DNA of 64,000 bases, taken from contig NIVC01000997.1 of the NCBI GenBank assembly GCA_002269645.1, positions 1 through 64,000 of the forward strand, given 5' to 3'. The notes beneath the pieces are model-generated. The model searched no databases. It was not told the origin of the DNA and saw nothing but the letters and a program-made list of their open reading frames with translations. Both the position numbers and the translations under genes were made by a program. The DNA is from Macrostomum lignano (Eukaryota). Each line of letters starts with the position of its first letter. Position 1 is the stretch's first letter. Shown here piece by piece: positions 1 through 11,594 of this stretch.

Positions 1-190
1 TGAAGCATCGAAGGTTACTGAAGCATCGAAGGTTACTGAAGCATCGAAGGTTACTGAAGCATCGAAGGTTTACTGAAGCATCGAAGGTTACTGAAGCATC
101 GGGAGGGTACTGAGACATCAGGAGGGTTACTGAAGCATCGGGAGGGTTACTGAAGAATAGCATCGGGGGTAACTGAAGCATTGGGGGGTT
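1..190. repeat. 18-bp minisatellite (TGAAGCATCGAAGGTTAC), intronic
   Basis: Tandem copies visible from base 1, degenerating by ~190. Confidence 0.9.
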
Positions 191-271
191 ACTGAAACAG
201 GAATTGGTATACTAAAGACAAAAGAGAGCTCAGGCTTCCTTATTAATTAATTTATCCCACCGACTACTCAG

Positions 272-654
272 CAAAGACAAGCTGCTGCACTCGGTTCGGT
301 CAGCGTGGCTCAAGCGAAGGCTACTTTTGCTATCTCGCGGTTTAAGCGTCGCCTCGGACGGTGAACTCGCCATCGCGGACACCGAGAATCATCGGGTGCA
401 GCTGTTCAACTCTGCCGGCGTGTTCAAGAACATTATCGGCCGCGCAAAGGTTCTGCACCGGGCGAACTGGACAGCCCATTGGATGTCGCTTGGATGCCGA
501 CCGGAAATTACGCTGTAGCCGATACCGGAAATAGTCGGGTACAGATTTTCCGGCCAAAAGGCAGTTTGAGAATGATGTTTTTAACTAGAGCCGCTCAGTG
601 GCCATCGCCTGCGATGCTGGGCACAACATCATCGTTGTTAGCGAAGCCAGACAG
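272..654 (+). CDS. NHL-repeat (TRIM/NHL-like) protein, internal exon with frameshifts
   Basis: AG at 270-271, GT at 655. Reading across 1-bp indels gives FGQRGSSEGYFCY-RGLSVASDGELAIADTENHRVQLFNSAGVFKNIIGR-KGSAPGELDSPLDVAWMPTGNYAVADTGNSRVQIF, i.e. two NHL repeats (ADTxNHRVQ motif). Confidence 0.8.
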
Positions 655-867
655 GTGAAATGCTGTTCATTGCATGCAGTTTCGAATCACGTACACCCTT
701 CAGGGCCAACCTCCTAGGCACAGAGAATGTATACCGCTCTCTGTGCTCAGCAGTCAGCAAAAGGGCAGGATGACGTTCGGGTGCCCCACAGCTTCTTCTT
801 GCATCGCGTACTCGTAATTAATTGAGTAGACTCAAAGCACAAAATTTTGGGGAACGGGAAGAATCCT

Positions 868-1252
868 TAATAGGTGACACTCCTCTCTAACAGGTAACAC
901 TCCTGTCTAACATGCTCTCTATCAGGTGACACAAGCAACACTCCTCCCTAACATGTTGTCTATCAGGTGACACAAGCAACACTCCTCTCTAACATGTTGT
1001 CTATCAGGTGACACAAGCAACACTCCTCTCTAACATGTTGTCTATCAGGTGACACAAGCAACACTCCTCTCTAACATGCTCTCTATCAGGTGACACAAGC
1101 AACACTCCTCTCTAACATGCTCTCTATCAGGTGACACAAGCAACACTCCTCTCTAACATGTTGTCTATCAGGTGACACAAGCAACACTCCTCTCTAACAT
1201 GCTCTCTATCAGGTGACACAACAAGCAACACTCCTCTCTAACATGTTGTCTA
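868..1252. repeat. 41-bp minisatellite in NHL-gene intron
   Basis: CAGGTGACACAAGCAACACTCCTCTCTAACATGTTGTCTAT; successive units at 923 and 964. Confidence 0.9.
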
Positions 1253-1284
1253 ACAAACCAGCAAAACAAATCTTTCCATCTCAG

Positions 1285-1630
1285 ATTGAAATGTACCGCA
1301 AAGGCTGCAAATTTGACAAATCTTTTCCAATCGACACGCCAACCGGAGCCAAATCCGCCGCTGCCGCCGCCGCCATCGCCAGCCCGGTGCAGATGTACAG
1401 CGTGGCCGCCAATCGCCAGCTGATTGCCCTCTGCGACACGGCCTGCGGAGTTGTTCGCGCTATTCGACTACGACGGCGTCTGCAAGCTGACGTTCGAGCC
1501 TGCAGCGTCGAGACCCGGGCTCGCCGTGCTGCCGACCAGCGTCGATTTGTCGGCCGACCTGCTGCTGATCGCCGATGCCACCAATCATACGGTGAATGCG
1601 TACGCTCTGACTGGCGAATTTCACCAACAG
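1285..1630 (+). CDS. NHL-repeat protein, next exon (one frameshift near 1455)
   Basis: AG 1283-1284, GT 1631. IEMYRKGCKFDK...LIALCDTACGVVR / LFDYDGVCKLTFEP...LLLIADATNHTVNAYALTGEFHQQ. Confidence 0.75.
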
Positions 1631-1784
1631 GTGAGCGCGGCCGGGAAGTCAAGTGGATGGTGACAGCATTTTTTACGAGCGTAGAAACCCTTACGTCTTG
1701 GAGCTTACAGCATTGTTTTTGCACTCCCTGGCTCACATCTTGGAGCTTACAGCAGCTCTGAGGTCTATGACGTCGGCCTCACTA

Positions 1785-2400
1785 TCCATCTTGGAGCTAC
1801 GGGAGTGCTGTTGCACCCCAGACACCCATCTTGAAGCTACGGGAGTGCTGTTGCACCCCAGACACCCATCTTGAAGCTACGGGAGTGCTGTTGCACCCCA
1901 GACACCCATCTTGAAGCTACGGGAGTGCTGTTGCACCCCAGACACCCATCTTGAAGCTACGGGAGTGCTGTTGCACCCCAGACACCCATCTTGAAGCTAC
2001 GGAGTGCTGTTGAACCCCAGACACCCATCTTGAAGCTACGGGAGTGCTGTTGCACCCCAGACACCCATCTTGAAGCTACGGGAGTGCTGTTGCACCCCAG
2101 ACACCCATCTTGAAGCTACGGGAGTGCTGTTGAACCCCAGACACCCATCTTGAAGCTACGGGAGTGCTGTTGCACCCCAGACACCCATCTTGGAGCTACG
2201 GGAGTGTTGTTGCACCCCAGACACCCATCTTGAAGCTACGGGAGTGCTGTTGAACCCCAGACACCCATCTTGAAGCTACGGAGAGTGCTGTTGCACCCCA
2301 GACACCCATCTTGAAGCTACGGGAGTGCTGTTGCACCCAGACACCCATCTTGAAGCTACGGGAGTGTTGTTGCACCCCAGACACCCATCTTGGAGCTACT
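1785..2400. repeat. 40-bp minisatellite
   Basis: GGGAGTGCTGTTGCACCCCAGACACCCATCTTGAAGCTAC; units at 1801, 1841 and onward. Confidence 0.9.
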
Positions 2401-2577
2401 GAAATTTTTCGCAAACCCTCAGACACAGTGATCTAAATTAGCACCTGAAACCCACCTTAGCGCATAGTACTTTACTGTAATTTACGTCTTATTGAAGCAA
2501 CAAATCGACCATTTAGAGTTGGTTAGATCTATGTTACATGTCATTCGATTCATCACAAACCAAATCTGCACACTCAG

Positions 2578-2801
2578 GCTCTGGGTCCTGTCGACGATCT
2601 AGGCAACGTTCAATGCGCCCGGTTCACTCCCGAGGGTCACCTAGCCGTCACGGAGTTCGCTGCCAATGGGCTGCACTGCCTGAAAATATTCCGCTTCGCG
2701 CCGTGCGATTGCCATTCGAAAGGCCGACGTCGGCTAAAAAGGACAAATCGACGCCAATCCCGAAGACACACTACACTAGCGATTTGGTTGTGCCGCAGTA
2801 G
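2578..2801 (+). CDS. NHL-repeat protein, probable terminal exon
   Basis: AG 2576-2577, phase 0. ALGPVDDLGNVQCARFTPEGHLAVTEFAANGLHCLKIFRFAPCDCH, then probably a frameshift into ...HYTSDLVVPQ* (stop at 2801). Confidence 0.6.
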
Positions 2802-5347
2802 CCGACGTTCAAAACATAAGAGCTTGTAGATGATCATATGATTTCTCTTTTTGAACCCATGGAGCACTAAAGTTAGAAAAGGCTAAGATTTTATAATCAA
2901 TTTTCTTTTGTTTCAAACACTTACAGCTACATGTAGCTCTGTTAAATTATTGTTTATGTACATGTTGATGATGTAGATTGTACATGCAAAGTCCTACGAC
3001 AAAGCTGCATGATACGTATTCTGTTGTTTTGAAAGCTTACATGTACTTAAATATATATGTACATGTATTTTTTTACATGAAACGAGCTCAAATAAATAAA
3101 AACTTAGTAGAAATGAACCTCTATCTTAATATTGCATCGTATGTTGCACCAAATAATTATAACTACATTAAAATAAGTATTCTGTTGGGCTTTCTTTTCA
3201 AGCCCAAGCACTCTATGCATTCTATTGTAAAGTATATGTTCTAAATCACACGTAATACCAGCCTCCCCGGTTTCAAATAAATAGCTCTACCTAGCTACGG
3301 AGATTAGCCATCTGCGAATAAAATACATGAATTGAGTTTCCTGCACAACCAGTGCATCCTACGGTCACAACAGCTCCCATTCCGCGCAGTGTGCCTTCAA
3401 AGCAGTCCTTAAAGAAACATCCATATGTGAGCTTGAATTCGTTAAAAAACTTGAATGGGCTCGAATTATGCTAAAATTAACTCCTTAAAACGGATGATGA
3501 CGAGAAAAGTGAATAGTGCCAGGATAAATCAACAGAGAAAAAAACAATCGGCATCTCTTTTGCTCATGGAAGCAGTAGAAAAAAGCATTCCGTTGAGACT
3601 GAAAGACACCAACAAAGAGACGCCCACCGATTAAACTAGGGCGGAAAATTCACGCTCAAACGCAGCTTTCGAATACTTAGAGAACGCTACATTGATCGAG
3701 ATTCTACGCATGCAGAAGCAGCAATTGGAGCAGCACCACAGCCTCCCCCGGCTGTCCCTCAGTAAACAGTTTTCTCTGTCTCTTTGGCAACACGATACTG
3801 AATTTCAGCGAAAAAATCAACCATAAAGATAACAAAAAATCTCTCTAAACCAATCCAAAGACCGGCTTGCAACGCCCGCGGATTTTGTGCAGTAGCTTAT
3901 TGATGGCACATCGATTTTTTTTCTCTTTATCGATAATTAAGGCAGCTGCAGCAATAAATAAATGGGAGTAGTAGCTTATCCAAACCATACACTTCACTAT
4001 CGATTGTAGTATATACTGTACTACTATATACAGCTGTACAGCTACAGTACAGCTACAACTGTACAGCTACAGAAACTTAACATCAAATTAAATTCAGGAA
4101 CCGTGCACTCAGATCACGGAGCTGCTGCGTTCCAGCTCTTGCAGACACACTCATCCACACCAATTTAGGAGAATGAGCGCCCGCTTGTGGCTGCAGCTGT
4201 GTGCAACTTTTTTCATCGGATTAAAGCTGCTGCACCTTGGAGGTTGCGAATTAAATTTCTAGTCTATTTCTCCGAATCTAATTCTCCGAACCACTACTTG
4301 CACAGAAGCCACAGTAGCTTCTAGCAGCTCATAGATACGAGCTAAAACAATAGCTAAAGCAGCAAAATCAGCCTGAAAGCCCTTTTTGATCTACATTTTT
4401 GCCTTGGCCTACCAACAACTTCATCCAATCATTTCAGTAACCCTTTCCCTGACGAGCCAACAGCTGCATTTCAGCAATCCTCTCATGAGTTTTGACATCT
4501 CAGCGATTCTCATTGTGGGCTTGACATCTCATAAATTTAAATTTTCCCATAAGCATTGACATCTTAGCAAATGTATATGCCATCATTTTATAGTCATTTT
4601 GTACATAGAGTCATTTTTATACATACATCGCCTAGCTAGCGAAGCGAACTCCAATAAGTAAAATTTTAATTTAAGGGTGTTGGTACTTAGCGGCCCGGTC
4701 CGGCCAGCTCTAGCCTGCGGCCGGGGCCGCAGTTTGATCACTTAATATAACAATTGCAAAATGATATTTTGCTGTAACCAATTAAACAAGCAAACGAAAT
4801 TTATATACCTGTTCTTCTACATATCAAAATTTAATCTAGATCAGTTAATTGAAAAGAGTGTAGATTTTTACACATTCCTAGAAGTTGCTTTTTCAAGAGA
4901 AAATCATCTTTTCCAAGACTTATTATTATTAGAAGTACGTGAATAGCTATTAAGACATTGACTTTGACATTGAGCCAACTGTATTAAGATTGCTTGCTTG
5001 CTTGCTTCCTGCATGTAGCCTGCCTGTGTTCTACCTGTATTGTCTAGTAATTAGTATATCTACCTATTTCTTCCCTGCCCTATCATATCTACCTATCACT
5101 GCCCTGCCCTTCAGCCTACCTATTCCACCATTTGTAGGCCGAACATAATATCAGCTAATAGCCTATATTAATTTAGACAGTAAGGCAATCATAGCATTGT
5201 ACTGTTTCATGTATGAAACATGCTATTATAATATGTAGCGATTAGCGAAGCAAGAGTTCTAGTTTACTTCGTTATATTATTCTGCCTTTCGTTAAATTAT
5301 TTTACCCCGTTTTTCTATCAATTTCAGGTTCAAGGTCAAGTCAAGTC

Positions 5348-5657
5348 CTAAACAGGATAATAAACAGAAGCCCAGTACAGCACGGCGCCAAAGGGGTTGT
5401 TATGGTACATGCGGCGCCAGATGTACTCCTCAAGATGGGCCTCAAAAAGCGCGTCGCTCATTCCATGCATGGCCTGTAGCCCATAGGTGCCTCTTGGCCA
5501 GGGCCCACATCCCCTCGATGTGGTTTGTGTGCACTGTTGGGTCAGCCGGATCCATGAAATATAGACGGTGGTTTACCACTGCGTGATTCTGTAGCCTAGC
5601 ATAGGCCAGCCAGCCATCGGTGATGATACAGGTCCTAGGTAGCATATGGCATTGCAA
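5348..5657 (-). mobile_element. Merlin (IS1595/ISXO2-like DDE) transposase C-terminal remnant, frameshifted
   Basis: TCIITDGWLAYARLQNHAVVNHRLYFMDPADPTVHTNHIEGMWALAKR, then after a frameshift LFEAHLEEYIWRRMYHNNPFGAVLYWASVYYPV*. Matches the ISXO2-type motifs (TD.W.AY, VNH, HTN.IE..W, HL.E..WRR). Confidence 0.8.
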
Positions 5658-6706
5658 GAAAATACATGAAATTAATATAACAAAGTAAAGTAGAATTATG
5701 AAATAATATAACGAAGTAAACTAGAACTATGCCGAAATCATGACCATGTGTTCATTTATTCTTGCTTTCTTGAACAGAATATGCAGGCCTATGCTATAAT
5801 ATAGTTCTCTTGAGTTTCAATTTAATACTTTCAGAACTATTAGGCCTACTTTTAAATAGATAAAATACTTAAATACATTACTTAATTAAGTCTATTTACA
5901 AACAAAGCATTAGGGCCAATTATAGTGTTAGATTTATTAGTATATTATTGGCCTACTACTATTGACTTTTATTTGATTTAGGCCCCTACCCTAGCCTATA
6001 GATGGTAATCAGACTCTCACCATTTTTATTTACTACTTTGTTATCTTAATTATTTATTTAACACATAGAGAAACTATCTAAATTAATTTATGTCCATGAT
6101 TAATAATATTAATAATAAAATTCTCTTACAAAATTAGGCCTAATAATAAAAACATACAAACTTAATATGTATAAATGCGTATATTATTATATTGTAGCAG
6201 TTAGGCCAGTTAGATATGATTTGTTTCTCTGCATTTAAAAAAAGTATTTTCTTTTGAATGCTCACAAGTTACCTTGTCTATGACCTAAATTCCCACTTTT
6301 AGTTTCAGCCTCAAACTCATTATAGTATAGGCCTACCTTAATCTTATTAAATAGATATAACCCTAGCCATAGTTAGCCTTGCTCTTGCAACTTAATCAAT
6401 CTTTTAGTAGCCAATGCTACAAGTACAATGAATGCCTATAAGTATAGTGCATTGACTGGTAGCAAGATGAAGTAAAAAAATATTCTATGAGATCATTCAA
6501 CTAAAAATTGCCTTAAAAATGCTTAACAACCAATATAACTATATGTATGTCACTATATCAATGATAAATTTGGATGGCCAATTGAATATGACTAGTTAAA
6601 AACCTATGATTCACATTCACATTCAGAGTTTTATATACTACTACTAAATCTAGTAGTAAAAAGAAGTTCGTTTTTTTAAACTTCTGCATCAAGACTCAAT
6701 CTAAAG

Positions 6707-6958
6707 ATGTCCGACACTGAAGCAGCTCAACAACAACAGCAGTTAGATGCTTTGATGGCATTTCCACCCGAGGTTGAAGCTGCCCTACAAGAGCTGGTGG
6801 ATCCCAATGATCCACTCGATCAGGCTAGTTTCTGCGCTACAGATTATATTAATAGGATTTTTCCTACTGAGCAGAGCCTAGCTGGGCTTGACGATGTTCT
6901 GTCTGGCATCAGGGCTCAGATTGCACAGCTGGATTCTGAGCTGCGCGTGGCTGTTCAG
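6707..6958 (+). CDS. VPS53: VPS53 (GARP/EARP subunit) exon 1 of 8; CDS join 6707-6958,21053-21394,22713-23018,23827-24048,24798-25049,26106-26486,27140-27574,29750-30169 = 869 aa
   Basis: DPLDQASFCATDYINRIFPTEQSLAGLDD is the Vps53 N-terminal motif; donor CAG|GT at 6959. Confidence 0.93.
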
Positions 6959-7196
6959 GTAATTGTAGATCATTTACTAGCAATCTACGCCCCCCGTTGG
7001 GGAGCCAAAGAAATGCAATACACGTTTTTTTAATAAGCTACATGTATCCTTGAAATCTTAAAAAATCTCCTGTCAAACCTTGTAAGCCTTGACATGTCAG
7101 TAATTCCCCCCACAAGCTTTAACATATCAACTCCCCCCTTGACATCTCAGCAATGCCCCCAATAAGCCTTGGAAATCTAAAAAATCTGTCAACCTT

Positions 7197-7252
7197 CTAA
7201 CCCTAACCCTAGCCTAACCCTAACCCTAACCCTAACCCTAACCTAACCCTAA
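7197..7252. repeat. Interstitial telomere-like (CCCTAA)n, ~9 imperfect units
   Basis: Direct reading; a degenerate paralogous copy lies at ~7624-7672. Confidence 0.75.
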
Positions 7253-8147
7253 AGCATTGACATTTCAGTAATTCTCTCTAAGAGTCATTATAGCACTGCT
7301 ACAGCATTATTGCGATTCCCTGCAAGCCTTAACATCGTAGGGATTCCCAAATGAATCTCTTAACTTCGACATGAAGCTTATTTTATTTTTTACATTACGC
7401 TTTTTTATCAGCGATCCCTCCCCTGAGGAGGCATCAAATAATATAATAAAAAGTTTTCAATAAACTACATGTAGCTTCTGACTTTAGCCTTGAAATCTCA
7501 TTTATACCCCCGTGAGCCTTGACATCTCAGCTATTCCCCTCGTAAGCCTTGACATGTCAGCGATGGCCCCCATAAACCTTGAAATCTAAAAAATCCCCTG
7601 TTAACCTTGAAACCCGATAAAATATAACCCTCAACCCACACCTGACCTAAACCTAACTTTAACCCACCCTAAAGCCTTGAAATCTCAGCAATTCTTCTCC
7701 CCTAAGCCTTGACATTTTAGTGATTCCTTCTTTAAGAATCACAGCACTATAACGATTTCCACCTAGCTTTGACATCGTAGCAATTCCCAAATGAATCTTT
7801 TAACTTCGACATGACTTTTCTTTTATGTATACATAGTGCTACTTTTATTTTTTACATGACTCTTTTTCTATCAGCACCCCCCAGTGGCGAGCCAACAAAG
7901 AATGCAATAAAAAAATTGAGTAAAGTGCATGAACTTTGAAGTCGCTTCTGAACTTTGCTTTGACATCTCAGAAGCCCCCCCGTAATCTCAGTTATTCTCT
8001 GAGAGCCTTTACGTCTCAGTTTTTCTTCCCAGCACAGCATTATAGCTGCATTTAATTTTTACATGACACCCTTCATGTCTGACATGACGCTTCTTTTATT
8101 CTACCATGATGCTTCTTAATTTTTTAAATAACACTTTCCTTAGTTTT

Positions 8148-9570
8148 TAAATGAGGCTTCTATGATTTTTTCATGACGCTTCTATGATTGTTTACATGAC
8201 GCTTCTATGATTTTTTACATGACGCTTCTATGATTTCTATATGACGCTTCTATGATTGTTTACATGACGCTTCTATGATTGTTTCATGACGCCTCTATGA
8301 TTTTTACATGAGGCTTCTATGATTTTTACATGACGCTTCTATGATTGTTTACATGACGCTTCTATGATTTTTATATGACGCTTCTATGATTGTTTACATG
8401 ACGCTTCTATGATTGTTTACATGACGCTTCTATGATTGTTTACATGACGCTTCTACCATTTTTTAAATGACGCTTCTATGATTGTTTACATGACGCTTTT
8501 ATGATTGTTTACATGACGCTTTTATGATTGTTTACATGACGCTTCTATGATTTTTTACATGACGCTTCTATGATTGTTTACATTACGCTTCTATGATTGT
8601 TTCATGACGCCTCTATGATTTTTACATGAGGCTTCTATGATTTTTACATGACGCTTCTATGATTGTTTACATGACGCTTCTATGATTTTTTACATGACGC
8701 TTCTATGATTTTTATATGACGCTTCTATGATTTTTTCATGACGCTTCTATGATTTTTACATGACGCTTCTATGATTGTTTACATGACGCTTCTATGATTG
8801 TTTACATGACGCTTCTATGATTGTTTACATGACGCTTCTATGATTGTTTACATGACGCTTTTATGATTTTTACATGACGCTTCTATGATTGCTTCATGAC
8901 GCTTCTATGATTTTTACATGACGCTTCTATGATTGTTTACATGACGCTTCTATGATTGTTTACATGACGCTTCTATGATTGTTTCGTGACGCTTCTATGA
9001 TTGTTTACATTACGTTTCTATGATTGTTTACATGACGCTTCTATGATTTTTACATGACGCTTCTATGATTGTTTACATGACGCTTCTAGGATTTTTTACA
9101 TGACGCTTCTATGATTGTTTACATGACGCTTCTATGATTGTTTACATGACGCTTCTATGATTGTTTACATGACGCTTTTATGATTTTTTAAAAATGACGC
9201 TTCTATGATTGTTTACATGACGCTTCTATGATTGTTTACATGACGCTTCTATGATTTTTAAAAAATGACGCTTCTATGATTTTTATATAACGCTACTACG
9301 ATTTTTTACATGGCGCTTCTATGATTTTTTAAATGACGCTTCTATGATTGTTTACATGACGCTTCTATGATTGTTTACATGACGCTTCTATGATTTTTTA
9401 AAAATGACGCTTCTATGATTTTTATAAAACGCTTCTATGATTGTTTACATGGCGCTTTTTTGATTTTTTAAATGACGCTTCTATGATTGTTTACATGACG
9501 CTTCTATGATTGTTTACATGACGCTTTTTTGATTTTTTAAATGACGCTTCTATGATTTTTACATGACGAT
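8148..9570. repeat. 23-bp minisatellite (CATGACGCTTCTATGATTGTTTA)
   Basis: Roughly 60 tandem copies with T-tract variation. Confidence 0.92.
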
Positions 9571-9780
9571 TCTTTTTAAAAAGTCTTTTAGTTTTCCTGA
9601 CGTTGAAAAGCTTTAATTAAAAAATTATACTCTATGAAAATTCGAACCATCGTCTCTGCATTTAGCAGTTCAGTTTGTTCACCTCTAGGCTAGCTCTCAT
9701 CGTTTTGATAACATCAATTTTGCACTTATATAATTCAACACTTTAAAATCCAAGCATAAAGTAAATCACACGAAGCAGGG

Positions 9781-10191
9781 TTATGACATAATCAGTTTCT
9801 CAGTCAGTCAGTATCAGTTAACAATATGGTTACGCAATTTAAATCAAGTCTGGTGCTACGCTTCCACACTGCATTTTCAATTCAAGCTGGAGTTACAATT
9901 CAGTTATGATGCAATCTATTTCAGAATCAGAATTCAACCAGTCAGTTTTTTCACTAACATTATTACAATGCATTTCAAGTCGAAAAGTTTGCTTGACCTT
10001 TGCAAAAAAGCATGTTTTTCGAATATTTAATGCCTTTAGCATCGAGCAATTTCTTAGCCAAGATGCATGTACCGTCACGGGAAAATTTCTGATCGAACAG
10101 TGCAAGCTCGAAGAAAATCGGTCCAGCCATTTTTTCTCTAATCGATTGCGTACAAACAAGCAAGATTTTCATTTTTAGTATATAGGAAGGA
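9781..10191 (-). mobile_element. Helitron 5'-terminal segment (~410 bp), abutting the 3' end of the large Helitron
   Basis: About 80% identical by eye to 19572-19971. Ends in plus-strand TTTCATTTTTAGTATATAGGA, which reads TCCTATATACT on the minus strand (5'-TC start). Confidence 0.65.
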
Positions 10192-11594
10192 CTAGCTAAA
10201 GTTTTGCCCCCCTTCGGGGAGCAGAAATAATTAATATTCGTCTAATATAATATACCTTTTAGCAGGAGTACTTTAAGTGTCTTTCTTAAGCTTAAGCTTA
10301 AAATAGGAATTTTTGGAGATCGTTAATAACGCATTTTAGGTAAAACAAAACTATCAACTTTTTACAGTTTTTTAGTTTAGAGCCCTGTATATGTCAACGT
10401 GTTTGATAAAAATTATTTTATTTATTTAGTTTATAAAACTGTTGAGATCACTTTTTTAGTTGTTACTGAAAATAAATTAAATAATATTCCAAGAAATTGC
10501 GACTTTCCGAGAAATGACTTGCTTTATTCCGATTTTCTTGTTGCTTGTATTGCTCATGTGTACTACAGTTTTATACACATCCCGAGAAATTTTTTACTTT
10601 CTTCATTTGTAAGTGAATTTCTTAGCCCTGCTCATCGTACTAACTGCGACTGCAATGTTCCGAACAATAAGTAGCTCAGCATTGCAACTATTGCCCTTGA
10701 ATGAGGCCCCTCTTATTATAATAAATGACTTAAAGAGTCAGTTCAATGCAGCTATCTCATTGTGAATGGACTTTGCAAAAGCAACTGGAGCTACATCCTT
10801 CGACCTTTGGTTTGACACTTTTAATAAAGCTAACATTGGCTATATATAGGCATGATATATGATATATATTATCATGCTAAATTCCCCCTTTCTTTTCTAG
10901 TCACACTCCTCAGCAGACTTCTCTTTTCTTATATGCCTCATTCACATTGTCAAATCTTATTTTGAATCAAATCCTATATGACATAAAAGTCTATTTCAAA
11001 TTAGATCCATTTTGATAGTTCAAAATGGTTAGCTCATATCAATGGCTAATTAAATATCAATGGATCAATTTCTAATCTCCTTTCTTTTTCTTAATGATTC
11101 CAGTTCTGATCAGATCCTATTTCTCATCTGACCTCTTTTCTTAGTAATCCATTTTGTATCATTCTTCATTATAAATGCATGCCTGACAATTTATCTTTTA
11201 AAATAGAATAAGGCAGGTACCAGGTGTGCAGATTCATGAATCATGGGACTGGTCTTTGTCCACTGAAACATTTTTTGTATTTCTTCAATTGCAAAACACA
11301 TTGAAAACAACAAAACAACAACAATTGAGTGAGCATCTGGCAAAATTATTATTATACAAATACATATCATTATGACATTATAAGAAAACAAACTCCAAAT
11401 GTAGAGAATTCAGCGATTTTCCTCTTTCGTTTGTTAAATTATTTTTTCGACAGAAACAAGTTGTGACTACTGAGTAATGTCAGAAAACGACAGTAATGGG
11501 ACAGTAATGGGATTCAGTTCAATGAAAAAAGAAAAAATTGCATTGCACCTAAAAATATTACCCACAAACAGTAAACATGATGCACTTGCAGAAG

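Noticed and set aside
3240-4520. Moderately GC-rich stretches with short open frames
   Set aside because: No splice-consistent model or recognisable domain
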